NCBI GenBank assembly: GCA_964016885.1
Contig: OZ024750.1
Location: forward strand, 1,364,001 to 1,428,000
From: Eledone cirrhosa
Taxonomy: Eukaryota
Direction: 5' to 3'
Length of the DNA stretch: 64,000 bases
The translations under genes were made by a program, and so were the position numbers. The notes under the pieces are model-generated. The model was not told where the DNA came from, ran no database searches, and was given only the letters and a program-made list of their open reading frames with translations. Shown piece by piece: positions 27,060 through 42,167 of the stretch. Within the stretch, counting starts at the first letter, position 1, and every line of letters begins with the position of its first letter.

Positions 27060-29940
27060 ATAGACTAGACCCCTGCATAATTAACTGAATGATATGTGGA
27101 AAGAAAACCTGAGGTGAGTATAGAAGATAGCATAGGTGGAAGTTAGAGTCATAGGAATTCGAGACTCATTTATTCACTGTGGCTCATTGGTTTCGAAGGT
27201 GAAGATCAAACCTTTTACATGGCGTCTGTGTCCGTGAAATCAACCCTGAGATACGGAAGGAATTTGGTCACACTATAATATTGGTATAGATTCCAAATGT
27301 ACACAGCTACCCACTTAGCAGTATAATCTGGTGTACTCTTTATCAATTCTTTCTAGCTATATAGTCTTCTGATAGTTCTATTTATATAAAATTTGTGGTG
27401 TAAGTATTGATCAACGGATCGCTGAAATATTTCGGTCACAACTTTTGAAAGCGAATGATAGAGTTATAGCATGATTTGTGATATGTCTATATTTAACTTT
27501 ATCTTATAAAATTTGTCATATATATTCTTACGCTGAGGTTTTCCTCCCACGATATTCACTACTTATTCCTTTCCTCTATGTTTCCAATTTCTTTGTGATG
27601 TTTTTTTCAGCCTCTCAATGAATAATTTCCTAAGTTGTTCGGATGTCTAAACTGTTTCCATTAATCTATTCATATTTTCTGCAATATATTTATGTAAACC
27701 TACAGTTACCAATTTATAGTAATTTTCTAATTATAGAGAGCTCATCCATCTTTTGCCATTGATAGACGTAGAGAACACAATGGTGTCTATTTTCAAGATG
27801 TCAATAATTTTATTCGTTTATTTTATCTGTTCATTTTCTCATTTATTTCATTACAACTCTACATTATTAGAGCCAGAGTACCACTGGCTATTTCTCTAGG
27901 TTTATCGGTAAATAACTACCTTATCCAATTTCCTTTTTCTCCCTGAAATTCTGCATTCTGGCATGTTCGATTAAAGCCGTTGTTTTAATTTCTTAATTTT
28001 CTTTACCTCGAACCATGCATTAAATGTAATTATAAATTTCCCTATTTTTGTATTTATGAAAAAAGAAGATTAAACATTTGCAATAGTTGCAATAATTAAT
28101 GAAATGTAGGTGTATTTGTAACCGGGCTGGTTTAAGCTATTTGTCAATGGCGCAGTAATCACTTGTACGAGGTTTGTGCACTCTTATTTGCTATCCTATG
28201 TTGCATACATTTTTGAATATGTCAGTGAAAGCAATGTTGGTTACATCAACACCATGTAAAGGAGTAATTGAAAGAGAAATTAATTTTGCTAGAATAATCT
28301 CAAATAGTTTCCAGTTTGATAAAAGTGTTTCTATTTCACTTGAAATGTTTCCTAATTTCATATTATCTATATTTTCCTCTAGCTCACATCTAATAAAAAG
28401 CATCTAGATTTCATTCGCCTCTGTCATGTATGTAATTATTTCTGAGAATGCCACCAGTTCGATCACATTCAATATTTCTATTTTTATATAAATATGTTAC
28501 CCATTTCTTGACGTAATAACACTATTTCACGACAGCTTGCAATTTAAGGTCAATACCACTTGAGTAACGTTTCTCGTCCTTTTTCACACGTTTCATTAAA
28601 TTTTGTATAATATACTTTCTTGGCGTACTATATAGAAATCATCGTATAATTTACATCCACCGAAGCAATTGCGTTTCGCTGGGGGTAAGCATTTACAATC
28701 TCGGCCACCATTTTTTTTATTATTTCTCTGATCAGTCTATACACATTCTATATTTCATACATTCACTATTATATATTTTTGATCCAATCATGGATCAGAT
28801 TAGGATATAAATGAAAGACTTCGTGTAATTTATATTCAGAAAATCTTTGCCCTTGCTTTCGTCTTTTTACATGATTTTTGCAGAGTTTTCATTTTTATTT
28901 CAGCATTATTCTATATCAAGACTCATCTCTCTGTCCCAACACTACGTGACCTTTGTTCTGTTTACTCCAGTGCTTGGATCTTCTTCACTAATGAAGATCT
29001 GTTTACTACTATCGGGTGATGATCTCTGCTGTTTCCTATAGCTAATGATACCTTCAAGGAACTATCAGTTTTATCAGTGTTTCCGTTCTGATTTTAATCT
29101 AACTATAAACAATTTGGTTTCGTCCACAACTCTTCTCCCTTTTCTCCTCCTCCTACAACATTACAACCAATTGCTCTCTCATAAATATCAAATAGTTTGT
29201 TGTTGTTCTCCTGTTCTGTAATTAATTTAGAGTGGCTGCTCTTAATTTCAGGGAAACAATTTATTTATTATGTAAAGATATTATTTCTAAACAAGTCATC
29301 CTTGTTGAGAGCTTGGTAACTGTCATTCGTCTGCATCAGATTTGGAATGCTTCATTCTTAACCCAATATCGTTATTTTCTTCTTTAAATTTCAAGGTTAA
29401 ACTTAATTTTCAATTAAACTGAAACTTGTAATTGTCAGATAGCTAATGTATTTTTGATAATTGCATTTCATTCACTTCATAAACTAATACTAATCTTATT
29501 AACTTGTGATATACCTTTCGTACTCTCTATCTTTTAGAAAAAAACTACAACAAAAATTATTCTGCATTTTGAATTCAACCATAGATATGTGTTCCACTTT
29601 CTTGATGTTTGAATCTTTGTTAATCATGAATATATTTGGATTGCAGTTTGATTTTATGATGTTTATCTTATCTTCGATATTCATAACTTTGAAAATATAT
29701 TTATTGTCCAATTTCAAATCTTCAGTTAGTTTTCTTTAGTAACATGCGTACAATGTTAAACCATCCATATATAAGATACTCCTTATTAAGTTTCTACTGC
29801 AATACTCCTGCATCCAGACAAGTTTATTATATAAGTACTCGATATGATTGCTCGGTTCTGACAATTATTTGAGTGGCAGACACCATTCGGATATGGATTA
29901 CATTTTACTTGAAGTTCACATCCTGCACTAATTTTCGCCA
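27060..29940 (-). mobile_element. Highly decayed CR1/L2-like LINE
   Basis: VDVTNIAFTDIFKNV (VD.IY.DF.KAF-like) near 28230, SGT.LA near 27880, DY...W near 27320, Cys/His-rich remnant near 29900. Confidence 0.4.
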
Positions 29941-29949
29941 ACCATTAAT

Positions 29950-30385
29950 ATTGGTTTCTGATTTAGGCACAAGGCCATAAAGTTTGGGAGAGGAAAAAGT
30001 CGTCTAAATCAACCAAAATCCATTACTGGTACTTTATTTTATCGACCCCGTAAAGATGAAAGGCAAAGCTAACATCGGCAGGATTTGAACTCAGATCATA
30101 AAGGGCCTTAACTCTATGCTGTAAAGCATGGTGTCCGGCTCTCTACTGATACTGCCAATCCACCGCCCTTAATAATGCTTTCTGATTTAGGCACAAGGCC
30201 AGCAATTTGAAGGGAGGAGAAAGTCGATTAAATCGACCCAGTTCTAGACTGGTGCTTTATTTTATCGACCTCGTAAGGATCAAAGGCAAAGCTAACCTCG
30301 GCGGGATTTGAACTCAGACCATAAAGGGCCGTAACTCTATACTGCAAAGCATGGTGTCCGACCCTCTACCGATATTGCCAATTTG
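29950..30385 (-). mobile_element. Head-to-tail pair of SINE family A (long variant)
   Basis: Two complete reverse-complement copies. Confidence 0.9.
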
Positions 30386-30540
30386 CTGACCTTTTAAAAT
30401 ATAATCTGCGTCCAAAATTACCTGTGTTTGTCGCATTGTTTTCAACTGAATATTTCCATGTGTCTTTTAGACAACAGTGTTGTTTGTATTACGTAACAAC
30501 CAGAAGCACTAAATATCGTTTACGATATATATATATATAT

Positions 30541-30852
30541 ACCCAGTATACACTGAGGATGAAAAACTCAGAGCTGTATGGGAGCCTCCCAAAAGTCAGC
30601 TCAAAAGTAACACAGAGGAGACTGAGGTTAGCTGGACATGCTCACCGACATCCAGAGTTGACATTGCACTCGGTGCTCTTGTGGGAGGCCCTACATGGAC
30701 TTACTGGAAGAGGAAGACCAAGGTTAACGTATGTTGATGCCCTAAAGACAGACACTGGTCTGTTGGAGACGCAGGACATGGCAGCGATAATGAGGGACAG
30801 AGACCGCTGGAGAGAACTCGTCCATGGATCTCGGGAATTTTACCCTCCCTAG
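30541..30852 (+). mobile_element. 3' end of an RTE/RTE-X clade LINE ORF (5'-truncated)
   Basis: ELYGSLPKVSSKVTQRRLRLAGHAHRH...LLW...RGRPRLTYVDALKTD...DRDRWRELV is the typical RTE-group C-terminus. Confidence 0.85.
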
Positions 30853-33633
30853 ATACTCAGGTATAGGAATATATGTGGATGCATCATGCATGTATCTAAA
30901 TCTATTTGTGTAGATATATCTTTTTTTTTGTGTGTATATATATATATATATGTTATATTTTTTCTGAACGGATCTATTGAGAATCAATTGCTAACATGAT
31001 ATGTCTCAATTTTAGTGTCAACTATGGATAGTATTTCTACTCCGAATAAATAATAAATTGAATGTTTTATTTGCTTGTCCAATATGGATAATAAACTAAA
31101 TGTTAGGCGATATTGTTTCAATAAACTAACAAGTTCTTGGATCGACAAAGAAAACATGATAATAATTTAAATGTTCACGATGGCTTTGTATTTTAATTCT
31201 GCTTTCCGTTCTAGTATAAATCGAATCTATTAATCGCTACTTGGCTTCGTGCTTTGTCAAACAAAAACACTTTCTTAACAAAATCACCACAGTTTTCTAA
31301 TCTTTTATTATTCTCTGACGCAGACCTCTGGGCGAAATACATATCCTATTTCACACTGGCTCACGAACATCGCTCACACTTTACTATTCAAGTAAGAAAT
31401 AAATTTGTTTTTAATTGAAATACAGATAATATTTATCACTATAATTAAGTGTGTGATAGTACAGAGAGTCAACTGAAACTACTGAGAAAGAATAGGTCAG
31501 TAAGTTCACAGTATAATATAACATACACTAGACATGATGATGTCTAAATTAAGAAATAATTGGGTTTAGTCAATCGTAAGATTTTGCTCAGATGAAGAAA
31601 TTGGAATAAGTAATGTTCAAGTTTTTTTCTACATCATGTGACTAAAATTGGGAATAAATTCTTCCACGAAAGCTGGTTACTATTCTAGGTCGTTCTGCAC
31701 ACGAGTATTTTGTAAACAAACTCTAGGTATGCATTAGACTTCTAGAAGGTAAATATGATTATGTGGTATACACATCTATATAACAGAACATTGATATATA
31801 TTCAGCGTAAAGGTAAAACCAACTTGCAGATAGTATCACGTTTTTTTATAACAAAAACCGATGGCTAATGCAATCAAAGAAAGAATTTTGGACACAATGT
31901 CTATAATTATAACCGGTTAATAAAATTATCTGTGATCATCCGCTAAAATAATTGTATATTATTTTTAGTAAGGTTCGTTAAGCTCAATGCGTTATTAGAG
32001 TCGACATCATTCAGGAATCTGAGTCAAATGTGTTCTTCAAAGGGTTAAGATACTGGTAGTTGAAGACCGTGAAAGAAAATCGAATTTGCATAGCAACCTT
32101 GATTTTCATTTTGTATTAATTATATATACACAAACACGTGCCCCACTCCCGTATATATAAAAGAAAGATGCTTAACAAGGATTAAAATTAAATCATTTGA
32201 TTTACAGCCGTTTCAACACACACATATATATATATATATATATACATGTATACATATACACACACACACATACATACGTATAACTATACAGTATTGCAGT
32301 ATATTATACCTGGTAGACGTCATATGCCAAGTTTATGGTGCCAAATAAAGGAAATTATATAGAACGTATTTCTTTGTAAGGAAGATTATTGGCGTTAATG
32401 AAGCAACGTTATTTAAAAGAGATATCGACATCTAGTTTTATAGTCATCAGCACAAGGTTCTTAATTGGTTCCAGCTTGACTATGTACAAATTACTATAGC
32501 TTTAGAAATGGGAATTAAAATTTAAGAATTTGGGAAGTTTACGTTTTTCTGGAAGACATTAAATAAGTTTTATAAAATTAAGTAAAATTGATTTAACTGG
32601 AAGCGAAATGGCGTTACTGAATAGCTGTCTAAATGTAATAAGGTAGAGACGTGCCGTGCTGAGAACCTGATGTGAATAGTAGGAGAAAAATAAACTAAAG
32701 TAATATAGATAATAAAAATAAGAAAAGAAATTAGATGAAGTAAAATAAATATGAAAAGTGTGGGCGTGTGAGATAGGAAAAAAATTGGTGATTAGTTTGG
32801 AAACGTACATGATTCTTTTTTTCACACAAATTTGGCTTCTGTAAAATGCTAATTAAACTTGCGATTGCATAAGGAACAAATATATACGTCTTACACGTCA
32901 ACGCATTATCAAACCGTCATTCCATCACTTCATCAGTCTCTCTTTGTATCTCGTGATATATATATATATACATACATACATACAGTGCCGCCCTCATAAA
33001 AGTAGTTTGTACACGCGCACACCCCCCACGCATTTATATGTATGTATATATATATATATAAACACGTGAATATGTCTGTAGGCTGATTTAGACAACTACA
33101 TTCGTGCTAACATGATAATATAGTAGGAGTAAATCGTTTGAAATATGTTATCTCCATTATATGACATTTAACACCCGTGTATTGTCTGTGTTTTATATGT
33201 CGTTCAAGACAGCTGTGTGGGTGGTGAAAACATAAGTCACTGCACTTCTTTTAAAATATTTTCTCATTTCTTTTTTCGTCTTTTCATATATATTAATCGG
33301 AATGAAAGGAATATTTCGTGTATGAATGGATCTGTATATCCTGGTTAAGTCTAAGTGTCGTCGTAGTCAGGACCGGATGTTATAGGGGTGGGTGTCAAAG
33401 GCCGCGGGTAGGCCAACCTTTGACAGCAGTCGCAACTTATTTGTGTCCTTAGATGGTTTTTGTTTTAGCTTTAGGATGGTTAAATGTTTTGAATTTAATA
33501 CTTCCATGTATAACTTTTCAATTTCAGTTACTTGTGCCACGCTACCTTCGATATGTAAAATTGGGGGGTTTGCTGTGTATTCTAATTTTTTTTTGTGTAT
33601 GAGGCACAGAAATCAGGTACAAATATAGCAAAA

Positions 33634-33734
33634 CATTCTATCTGCCATTCTATCTGACGTTTTAACGACTACCATTCTATCTGCCATTCTATCTGACGTT
33701 TTAACGACTACCATTCTATCTGCCATTCTATCTG
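33634..33734. repeat. 39-bp tandem repeat, about 2.5 copies
   Basis: cattctatctgccattctatctgacgttttaacgactac. Confidence 0.9.
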
Positions 33735-33744
33735 GATTATATCG

Positions 33745-34058
33745 GCTGCAGTACTAATCTAGTATTTTATTTTTTTGATCTCAGAATAATGAAAACCGAT
33801 ATATTCTGTGTGATTTGAACTCGGGTAAAAACTGAAACAAAGAATACAATTAATTTTGTTTGTGGCTCTAACGATGGTGCCAATCAATCAACCCAGAAAT
33901 AACAATAATTATGTCTTTAATAATCCCGCCGAGGTTAGCTTTGCTTTTCATCTTTACGGGGTTCATAAAATAAAGTACCAGTAATGAACTCGGGTTGATT
34001 TAATTGACTTTCCCCTCCCCCAGAATTGTTGGCCTTATTCCTAAATCAGAAATCATTA
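33745..34058. mobile_element. Two divergent SINE family A fragments (- then +)
   Basis: Central-domain matches near 33770 (-) and 33940 (+). Confidence 0.65.
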
Positions 34059-37000
34059 TGGAGCGGGACTAATGGCGGAGGGTTGGAGCGGTATCAGTTT
34101 CTATAACATTCCGTATTGCTGCTCACCATGTCAGAACGATGCATAAATATATTCCAGTCATGACCTCATTGGTATTTTAGAGCACAGTGTATATGTTAAT
34201 GTTATCCAATGTGTTCACTCTAAAAGAGAATAGTCTCTAAGTTGAGAGAGATTTAGCTGTTAATTCAAAAAGTTGGGGTGAACTCGTCGATGTTTCCATT
34301 AATACCGTAATGGGTGAAATGAGGTAATGAAACAGAGCATAAGTATATTTACAGAAAAGAGTGAATGAATATGAAAAGAAAAATCAATTTTACCGTCATC
34401 CGGTGTACATTTTCTACAACAATATAAACTATTATCATTGAAGGAGATTCTTGAAAATGACAAACATTTCGATAGCTACACAAAAGGCAATGACAAATCT
34501 CTCAATACGTACAGGAAACATTAGACAGACAGCTAAAAGATGCTTAAAACTTGATACACATACAGACCCTCATATATATATATATATATATAATACGAAG
34601 TATTGTGAGATATATTTTAAAAAGCCGGTAAAATGTGTTAGAAGTATATAAAGATCAAAGTATGAAAAAAAACAAACATAATATTTCAGGGCTAAACCCC
34701 TCTTTTCAAGTGTGAAATGGAAACGGTTCAAAACAAAAACGAACGATCGATGCGTTCATCCTTAACTGGTGTCCGTGTGTGAAATACTCATGAGTGGAGT
34801 CGTCAAAGAGGCAACGGAAAGGAATGGACATGCTCGAATCAGATTGGCTACTATAATGACTGAATGGGATATGTTCGGAGCTATTTTTAACACTTCTTAC
34901 GGCCTATCCTGTAACATCAGCCCTTCTCTTAAACGTAATTTTAACACCAAGTAGTGAACATTTCAAATTTCTTTCCTGGGCAGGTAACTAACAATTGTGT
35001 ACAATGTGAGGTATAAGACCTGACCTCACTGATAATTAAAATCCTGGCCTTGCATTGCTTATTACCAACATCGATGATTGGTGATTAATACTACTCTTTA
35101 CTAAGATAGATGGTTTGTGTCTTTTTTTATTGGTTTCATGAAACAAACCTGTATAAATTATTATAGGCAGCATACCATCTTGAAGTTAGTATATTTACTT
35201 ATATACTATGTCTTCTGTAGTTTCTCAAATGAGATATACCTATATCATTTTAACTTTATAATTGATGATGTGTACTAATATTCATGGAGATTTTTTAATG
35301 CGAAACATAATCGATAATATTTTATATGTATTGATTAAACCCAAAGATGTGTGTATATATAATATATATATATATAGTTATTATTATACACATATATATA
35401 TATACATAAATTACATATATATATATGGAAACATAAGTATATATACCAATATGCATATATATATACACACAGTACATACGGGAGCACCTTGTATTAATAT
35501 ATATACGTATCTACTTACTTGCATGTATGCAAGCATCATGGATGCATAGTCGCCTTTGTGGGGACGTCCAGGGTGAGTGTGGCGTGGAACTTGCAAAGAA
35601 ATATTATCACATGGTTCTCGCATGTTCCAGCAATGTGTGCCACCTTTTGCTGAGACAAAATTAGAACTTGCTGACCTCGCTTCTGTCAGGCAAGTTTCTG
35701 TCCAGGATTCCCTATTTAATGTTGGAGCATTGTAAGAAAAAATAATTATGGATATATCTAGTTTTTATTTAAGATGAAAACCACCAATTTAACTGAATGA
35801 GATATAAGGTGAACATATACATTGACTCCAAAGAAATTACTTCCATAGAAACCTAAAAATATAACTGGGGAGAAATTGAATGAACTCCTCTCGCACAAAT
35901 CTCTAAATCAGTAGGGAATGGGGATGAGACATTGCTGTCATAAATTGACAGGTATCCCTAGATTCTTATCCTCATTTAAAATTTCCCACTAGTATTACTT
36001 CCCTTTATAAATCATATCTCGATTCAAATAATGGCGGAACTTGAACTTAGAATATAACTGGATCTAATTATATACTGCCAAAATTATTTATGGTGGAATT
36101 AAAATTTTGAAAGTAAAATAAATACTGTGAAAAATTTGGTCAAATGTTTTGGGAAGTATTGATTTATAATAATAGGCGGTTTATACATTATATGATTTAA
36201 GTACATTTTCGCCTTCGTTTCCAAAATTCCCAATTAAAATAATATGGTATAACAAGCGACAAATATAGAAATGCAAACGCTTCTGTCATATATAGCAAGA
36301 AGGTTATTTTTTCTTATGCAGAAAATATTCTGTATAGTAGTAGCAATTTATATATTTAGTTACTTTATATATTTATTTTGTTAACATTTGCAACAATTAA
36401 AATGCAAAGTTGCAGAGTTTGGTGCAATCATAAATAGGTGACATCTAGAAAATAACATATGGTGACGTTTAAATGAGGTGTTTATACCCGCACGCACGCA
36501 CGCACACGCACACACACGCACACGCACACACACACACCATATATATATTTATATATATTCGAATGGGACTTTTTACTTGTTTTATGTTTCTAATAATAAA
36601 TATAACCGTAAGCAATGTGAAAAAATATCAATTTACTATAACGATTTCAAATGGAATGATTACTCGTTATCAAAAATCGAATCACGTTTGGTATAAAATT
36701 CAATCTGAACAAATGGCCTACTGAAATTTATTTTAATTTCACAGGCTTGAATTTTTTTGTTGATAACACTTTGAAGACCGTTATGTTTATTGCCTATTCT
36801 CAATACTCACATGGAATGAAGCAAATAGACTGAAGTAGGCATTAAGACAATCAACAAAACGCTTAAAGCAAATTTGAACCCATGATAAACGAGCTACAAA
36901 TTCCATAGCCATTCTTTCTCCTACGCAGTGTTTGAAGATCTGTGTACGTTTTTCTGTACGTACTTGCCGAAGGGTACGACTGAAATTATATTAGTGTTTG

Positions 37001-38296
37001 TATTTCGTGATTTTACACATGTTTTTACATTTGCCCAGCATCCTTTCATTGTATATAGAATATTCTTGTGTAAATCAATGTTTTTCAAGCAAACTTTTGT
37101 CTCATTCGAATCTATTTTTGTCACCAGCGTCTATAAGGTTAAGAAGCTCACGGTCTTCCTTTACCAGTTCGTGTTACAGTTTACTTCAGTTTCTTTCTTT
37201 ATACATTACTTTTTTCTTCTATAGATGAATAAATAACGTTATCAATCCAATCCACACTGTCGTTGTCGTTGTGAAACGATGCTAATCCATAACATACATG
37301 TGTATAATTTTGGAAATATTATCTATTAATTATTATTTATAAGTATGAATGAACCACGTATTTTACACAGATTATATTTGTATGTATAAAGGCTTGTGCA
37401 GCCATATGAATACAAATAAATTAATAATGAGCGCTTGGTGGATATCTAATTTGCAGGGTTTTACTCTTTCAGTCTCTTATCTCTTCTAATTTCTGTCACA
37501 AAAAGAGCTCTTATTTCCTACATCCGTATATATGAATCAATGAACTCTACATGAATAGATTCTAGACAACAGTAGACATTTTGTTGTCTGTTTCGGAAGT
37601 TGATTTTATTATTTATATTACTTCTGTTCACTAAGCATTTCAGCCGTACATATTCCCTTATTTTAACCCTAGGATTACATTATTCTATGTATCATTTTTA
37701 TCTTGGTTGTAATTGATATTTTTGTTTTCTTAACATCATGTAAGCTCATATCCATTAGATTGACGTTCAAATACATTACAGTCATGATCATAATGTCATT
37801 TATTGAGTCATAGTGCTCATTTTGTAATGTTATGAGTGAAATTTAGCTGCTATTTCTAGCAGCTTCTTTAGTGCAAGTTCTCTATCGAAACCAGATCCCA
37901 TTAAACTGAGATTCTTACTTACATTAGAATTTCAAAGTACATTATATATACATACATACATACATACATACATACATACATAACTAGTTAGGAAATTACA
38001 AGTACAATCCATGTAAAAATATGTAAAACATTCCAAAAATTTTGCATCTAATAACTGCATATACACATGTACAGATACAAAGCATATACACAGGCACACA
38101 TACAACTCAAAACATACACATCCACACATACAATAACAACCATATCTACACATGCATGCATACATAATATACCTAGTTGATGTGTAAATTCCAATGAGAG
38201 AGTCTTGTGTCTATGTTAGAAACCGACCGAGGGGGTGGGGGTGGGGGAGGGTGGAGGGAGGGATAGAGAGGTAGAGAGTGAGAGAGAGAAAGAGAG

Positions 38297-38334
<38 letters not shown>

Positions 38335-39105
38335 GTTATTGGCTAAGACAGGTACATCAATTATACAACTTAGTAGACTATACTCACGAAAAGTAAGGCA
38401 TGAATATATCAAAGATTTTCTGCTATAAACATATGATGAAATAAGGTGAGATAATGTGCCTCACTGTTGTCGGCGCCCTTGGCGACTGCCTAGTTAACTT
38501 TAATTGTAACCGCCAGTCCTTGCTAGTGTTTTTCATAAAGAAAATATTAGATAAAAGGTTTCTCATTCTCTCACACATACGCAAAATAATATCTGCACTC
38601 TTTAACAAATTTATTTGATGAATTAGTTATTTTTCAGCAATAAACTCATTTATTAACACCGCTTTCTTTCAAATATGTACCAAAAATTACCACAAACGTT
38701 TGAGGCAAAGCCATTTGGAAGAAAATGTGCAATATATATTAATAATCATTCATATATTCATATTGAATTTTAATAAAGTATTTGCAAGATATATATCTAT
38801 ACTTAGAAAAATATTTAATGCACATAAAATGGGGCAACATCTTGCTATAAACTGGTATAAATGTTTATACAAATAAATGGAGTAGTTTTAACATTATACA
38901 TATCACATAAACAAAGAATATAGTTTCATTTGATACTTAAAAATATTTATAACTATTAATATATCGATATTTGAAACATGCTTAGATAAAAGAATTTGAT
39001 AAAGAATACAGGTGGTATGTATGTATGTATGTATGTATGTATGTATGTATGTATGTATGTATGTATGTATGTATGTATGTATGTATGTATGTATGTATGT
39101 ATGTA

Positions 39106-40140
39106 TTGGTTGGTGCTATTGGTAACATGTATCCCAGTACAACCTGTCTCATGGTCGGGTCGTTGGCGACTAAACTGGCAACCCCACCAAGGTTTCTTGG
39201 TGAGGAGGGTGGTTTTGGACATCCTGCAGGACTAAAAACAAAACCTGTCAAAAGGCAAAGGGGCTCTTAAGAGTCAATAGCCATCCAAAATCACCGGGAG
39301 AGATGACTGCTTAGCCTTTGTCAAGGCAGAATTCTAGGAGAAGGAAAACTCTGATATAACACCTGCAACCCTGATGGTATCCAATGATGTTGAATTGTTC
39401 TTCTTTTTGGTAAATATCATCTTGGTTAAGAGAGTGGGACTGGCTTTGTGCAGTGCCTTTGCTCACTATAAAAGCTTCACGGCACAGGCATTGCTTTGTA
39501 TCTGGAGATCTCTCTGCACTTGTCGTCACATGGTACCATGGGCCCAGCACTATGTGTCAATAATTGTCACAAGTGTAGTGTTTGTACCAGAGTTTTCAAG
39601 TCGCTGGCTGGACTAAAAGGTCACACTTGTTCAGCGCATCGGTAGGGGTTCTCCTACATGGATATAAAGTAGTGGCCGTACTCGAAAACGAGTTGGCAGC
39701 CACCATGTATGTATGTATGTATGTATGCATGTATCTATGCATGCATGTATCTATGCATGTATGCATATATGCATGTATGCATGTATCCATGCATGTATGC
39801 ATGCATGCATGTATGTATGCATGTATGCATGCATATATGCATGTATGTAGGTATGAGCGGAGACATGAAAATACTCGGTTTGGTGCCTGAGCACGCGGTA
39901 AGCTCACCGGGTGTCTGATACGCCTAGTTCTCGTTAGGACATCATGCTAGAGGGGGAAAAGCTACATCTCGACGTCAACCAAAGATGTTGACCTGTTCAT
40001 CTTTTTGGATACATTTTACCGTTGTTCAGAGTGTGGCATTGGTCCAATGCAAGGCCTTTTCTCACTTAAAAAAGCTTCAAGCATAGGCATCACTTGATGT
40101 AAACGACCTCCACGTGTTGTACGACCTTCATTGTGCGTAA
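39106..40140 (+). mobile_element. RTE-like LINE remnants split by (TATG/CATG)n
   Basis: ctaggagaaggaaaactctga resembles an RTE 5' region (from recall); RCSECG zinc-finger-like remnant near 40020. Confidence 0.4.
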
Positions 40141-40785
40141 ACCGTAGCAAACATCGAGCTAAGCAGCTATAAATTTGGGTAAAGAATTTTGTTCAAATGT
40201 AGTGAAATGGCTGTTACTAATTCCGAATGATTCACGTTAAAAGTCACCTTGCGCCAGAGGTTATCATATATAATTAAATATAGTTCTGGAGGATGAATAA
40301 TGTGTATATCAATATATTGGGTAAAGATTTTATACATGTATGTCCTAATGATGCAATACTAAACACAGTCTCTATTTTGAGTACTGTCTGTATATGGCTT
40401 CACTCCTAGAAATATATGCAATTTCTATTGAAGAACACAAAGTAGTCATTAAAATCTTCCCCAGCACAATATGCTCGCAATACCTCTAGTCCAGACCATC
40501 ATAGCGTGACCATTAATAACAATCAGATTAATTTACTAGTCAATAGAATCCTCGAATATTGAACACAATAAAAATTACTCTCTATTTACCAGTGTTAAAG
40601 TGGTCAATTAATTAATATTTGAATGGTTTAAATTACTATAATACATTCCTCTAAGGCATTTCATATCAACATTAGATCTATAACAAATATTGACAATGAT
40701 AAGGAGTGTTCGGATACAATACAATGATATAAGTAGTGAAGAATTACTAATGAAACCTGGTACAGTTCCGATCAAATGTACACAG

Positions 40786-40839
<54 letters not shown>

Positions 40840-40843
<4 letters not shown>

Positions 40844-41233
40844 TAAAATACAAATATTAATAAAATGGATGTTCATTTGATCAATTAAATTTTATCATAC
40901 ATATTTCAGAGGTACAACAGTACGTCCTCATCAGACAAAATATAATGATACATGATATACCCTGAGATGTTAAATGGTTAAGATTTAATCAAAGTAGTAA
41001 ATCTTAACCATTTAACATCTCAGGGTATGTCATGTATCATAATTTGTCTGATGAGGACGTACTGTTGTACCTCTGAAATATGTATAATAAAATTTAATTG
41101 ATCAAAAGAACATCCATTTTATTAATATTTTTATTTTAATATTAATAACTCTGGAAAATATTTTTACTGTAGAGTGCTTCCAATCTACTGTAAAACTCAT
41201 TCTTTGATGTACTCATTGAATCTTGTTTAACTC

Positions 41234-41240
<7 letters not shown>
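40840..41240 (+). mobile_element. Family F5 element: about 300-bp palindrome plus tail between (TA)n tracts
   Basis: Arms about 40840-40987 and 40998-41142, 10-nt loop, unique tail to about 41240. Confidence 0.8.
41043..41091 (+). ncRNA. Type I hammerhead ribozyme motif, family F5
   Basis: tttgt CTGATGA ggac-gtac-tgtt-gtac-ctct GAAA tatgta TA ataaa. Confidence 0.7.
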
Positions 41241-41280
<40 letters not shown>

Positions 41281-41375
41281 CACTAACCCAATATATTCAA
41301 TTCTTTATACATAAAAAAAAAACATACATGACAAAAGAGTACATTACTAGAAGTCCCATATGTTATAATATATAT

Positions 41376-41556
41376 GGAATGAGTCAGGATCCTGACGGCT
41401 GAAGTCCAGTCGTTTCGACAGCTAAATCCGAACTCTGTCGAGACGGCCAGAGCTCAGCCGTCGGTGTCCTGACGCTTCCTATTACCCACTCTACTAGCCC
41501 AAGTATCGAGTACTCTGGTGCGTTATGGTCCACCTGGTTTCTTACCACACTTTGTT
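41376..41556 (+). mobile_element. Family F2 element, diverged palindrome plus tail
   Basis: Homologous to 21978-22156. Confidence 0.8.
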
Positions 41557-41664
41557 ATATATGTATTTATAATAAGATGGTGGTAAGCTTTAATGCTGAA
41601 AATAACTGTAATTACAATCAGTTACAGTTCCCTAGAGACAGAAAAATGTTGCCAGCGGCTGCTA

Positions 41665-41730
41665 TGAAGAATCGCACTCAGTGTTTCCCAGTTACCAGCT
41701 GAGTGCTCTATCCACTGAGCTAAGTGACAC
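41665..41730 (-). pseudogene. tRNA-like head (pseudo-tRNA or SINE head)
   Basis: Minus strand tagctcagtggatagagcactcagctggtaactgg...gagtgcgattct; acceptor stem does not pair. Confidence 0.4.
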
Positions 41731-41961
41731 CTGCCTAAATAAATAGACGGTAAGAGTCTAAATTCTCCCATGACTGTCACAACAACACCCGGACTCCATC
41801 ATCAGCTACGTTTTTATAACTATATCTATTATATAAGTATTACTTTACCGCAAGATTACATACAATTGAATATCATAGCATCCAGGTGTGAGAAGATGAG
41901 CTTATGAAAAAATTAATGTTTACATATTTATCTCTCTCTCTCATATATATAATATATATAT

Positions 41962-42167
41962 AACAAAGGAAATGTGGTAAGGAACCAGATGGACCATAAC
42001 GCACCAGAGTACTCAATACTTAGGGTAGTAGAGTGGGTAATAGGAAAAAGTATGACCCCGACGGCAGAGCTCAAGCCGTTTCGACGGCTATTTCTGGACC
42101 TATTATTGGTCCAGAAATAGCTGTCGAAACGGCTTGAGCTCTGCCGTCGGGGTCATTCTTTTTCCTA
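41962..42167 (-). mobile_element. Family F2 element, 127-bp palindrome plus tail
   Basis: Arms 42041-42100 and 42108-42167; tail 41962-42040 is the reverse complement of the 22078-22156 tail. Confidence 0.85.

Noticed and set aside
36760-37250. Possible Myb/SANT- or MADF-like transposon relic on the minus strand
   Set aside because: Only Trp spacing is suggestive and there are several stops; it cannot be supported without an HMM search.
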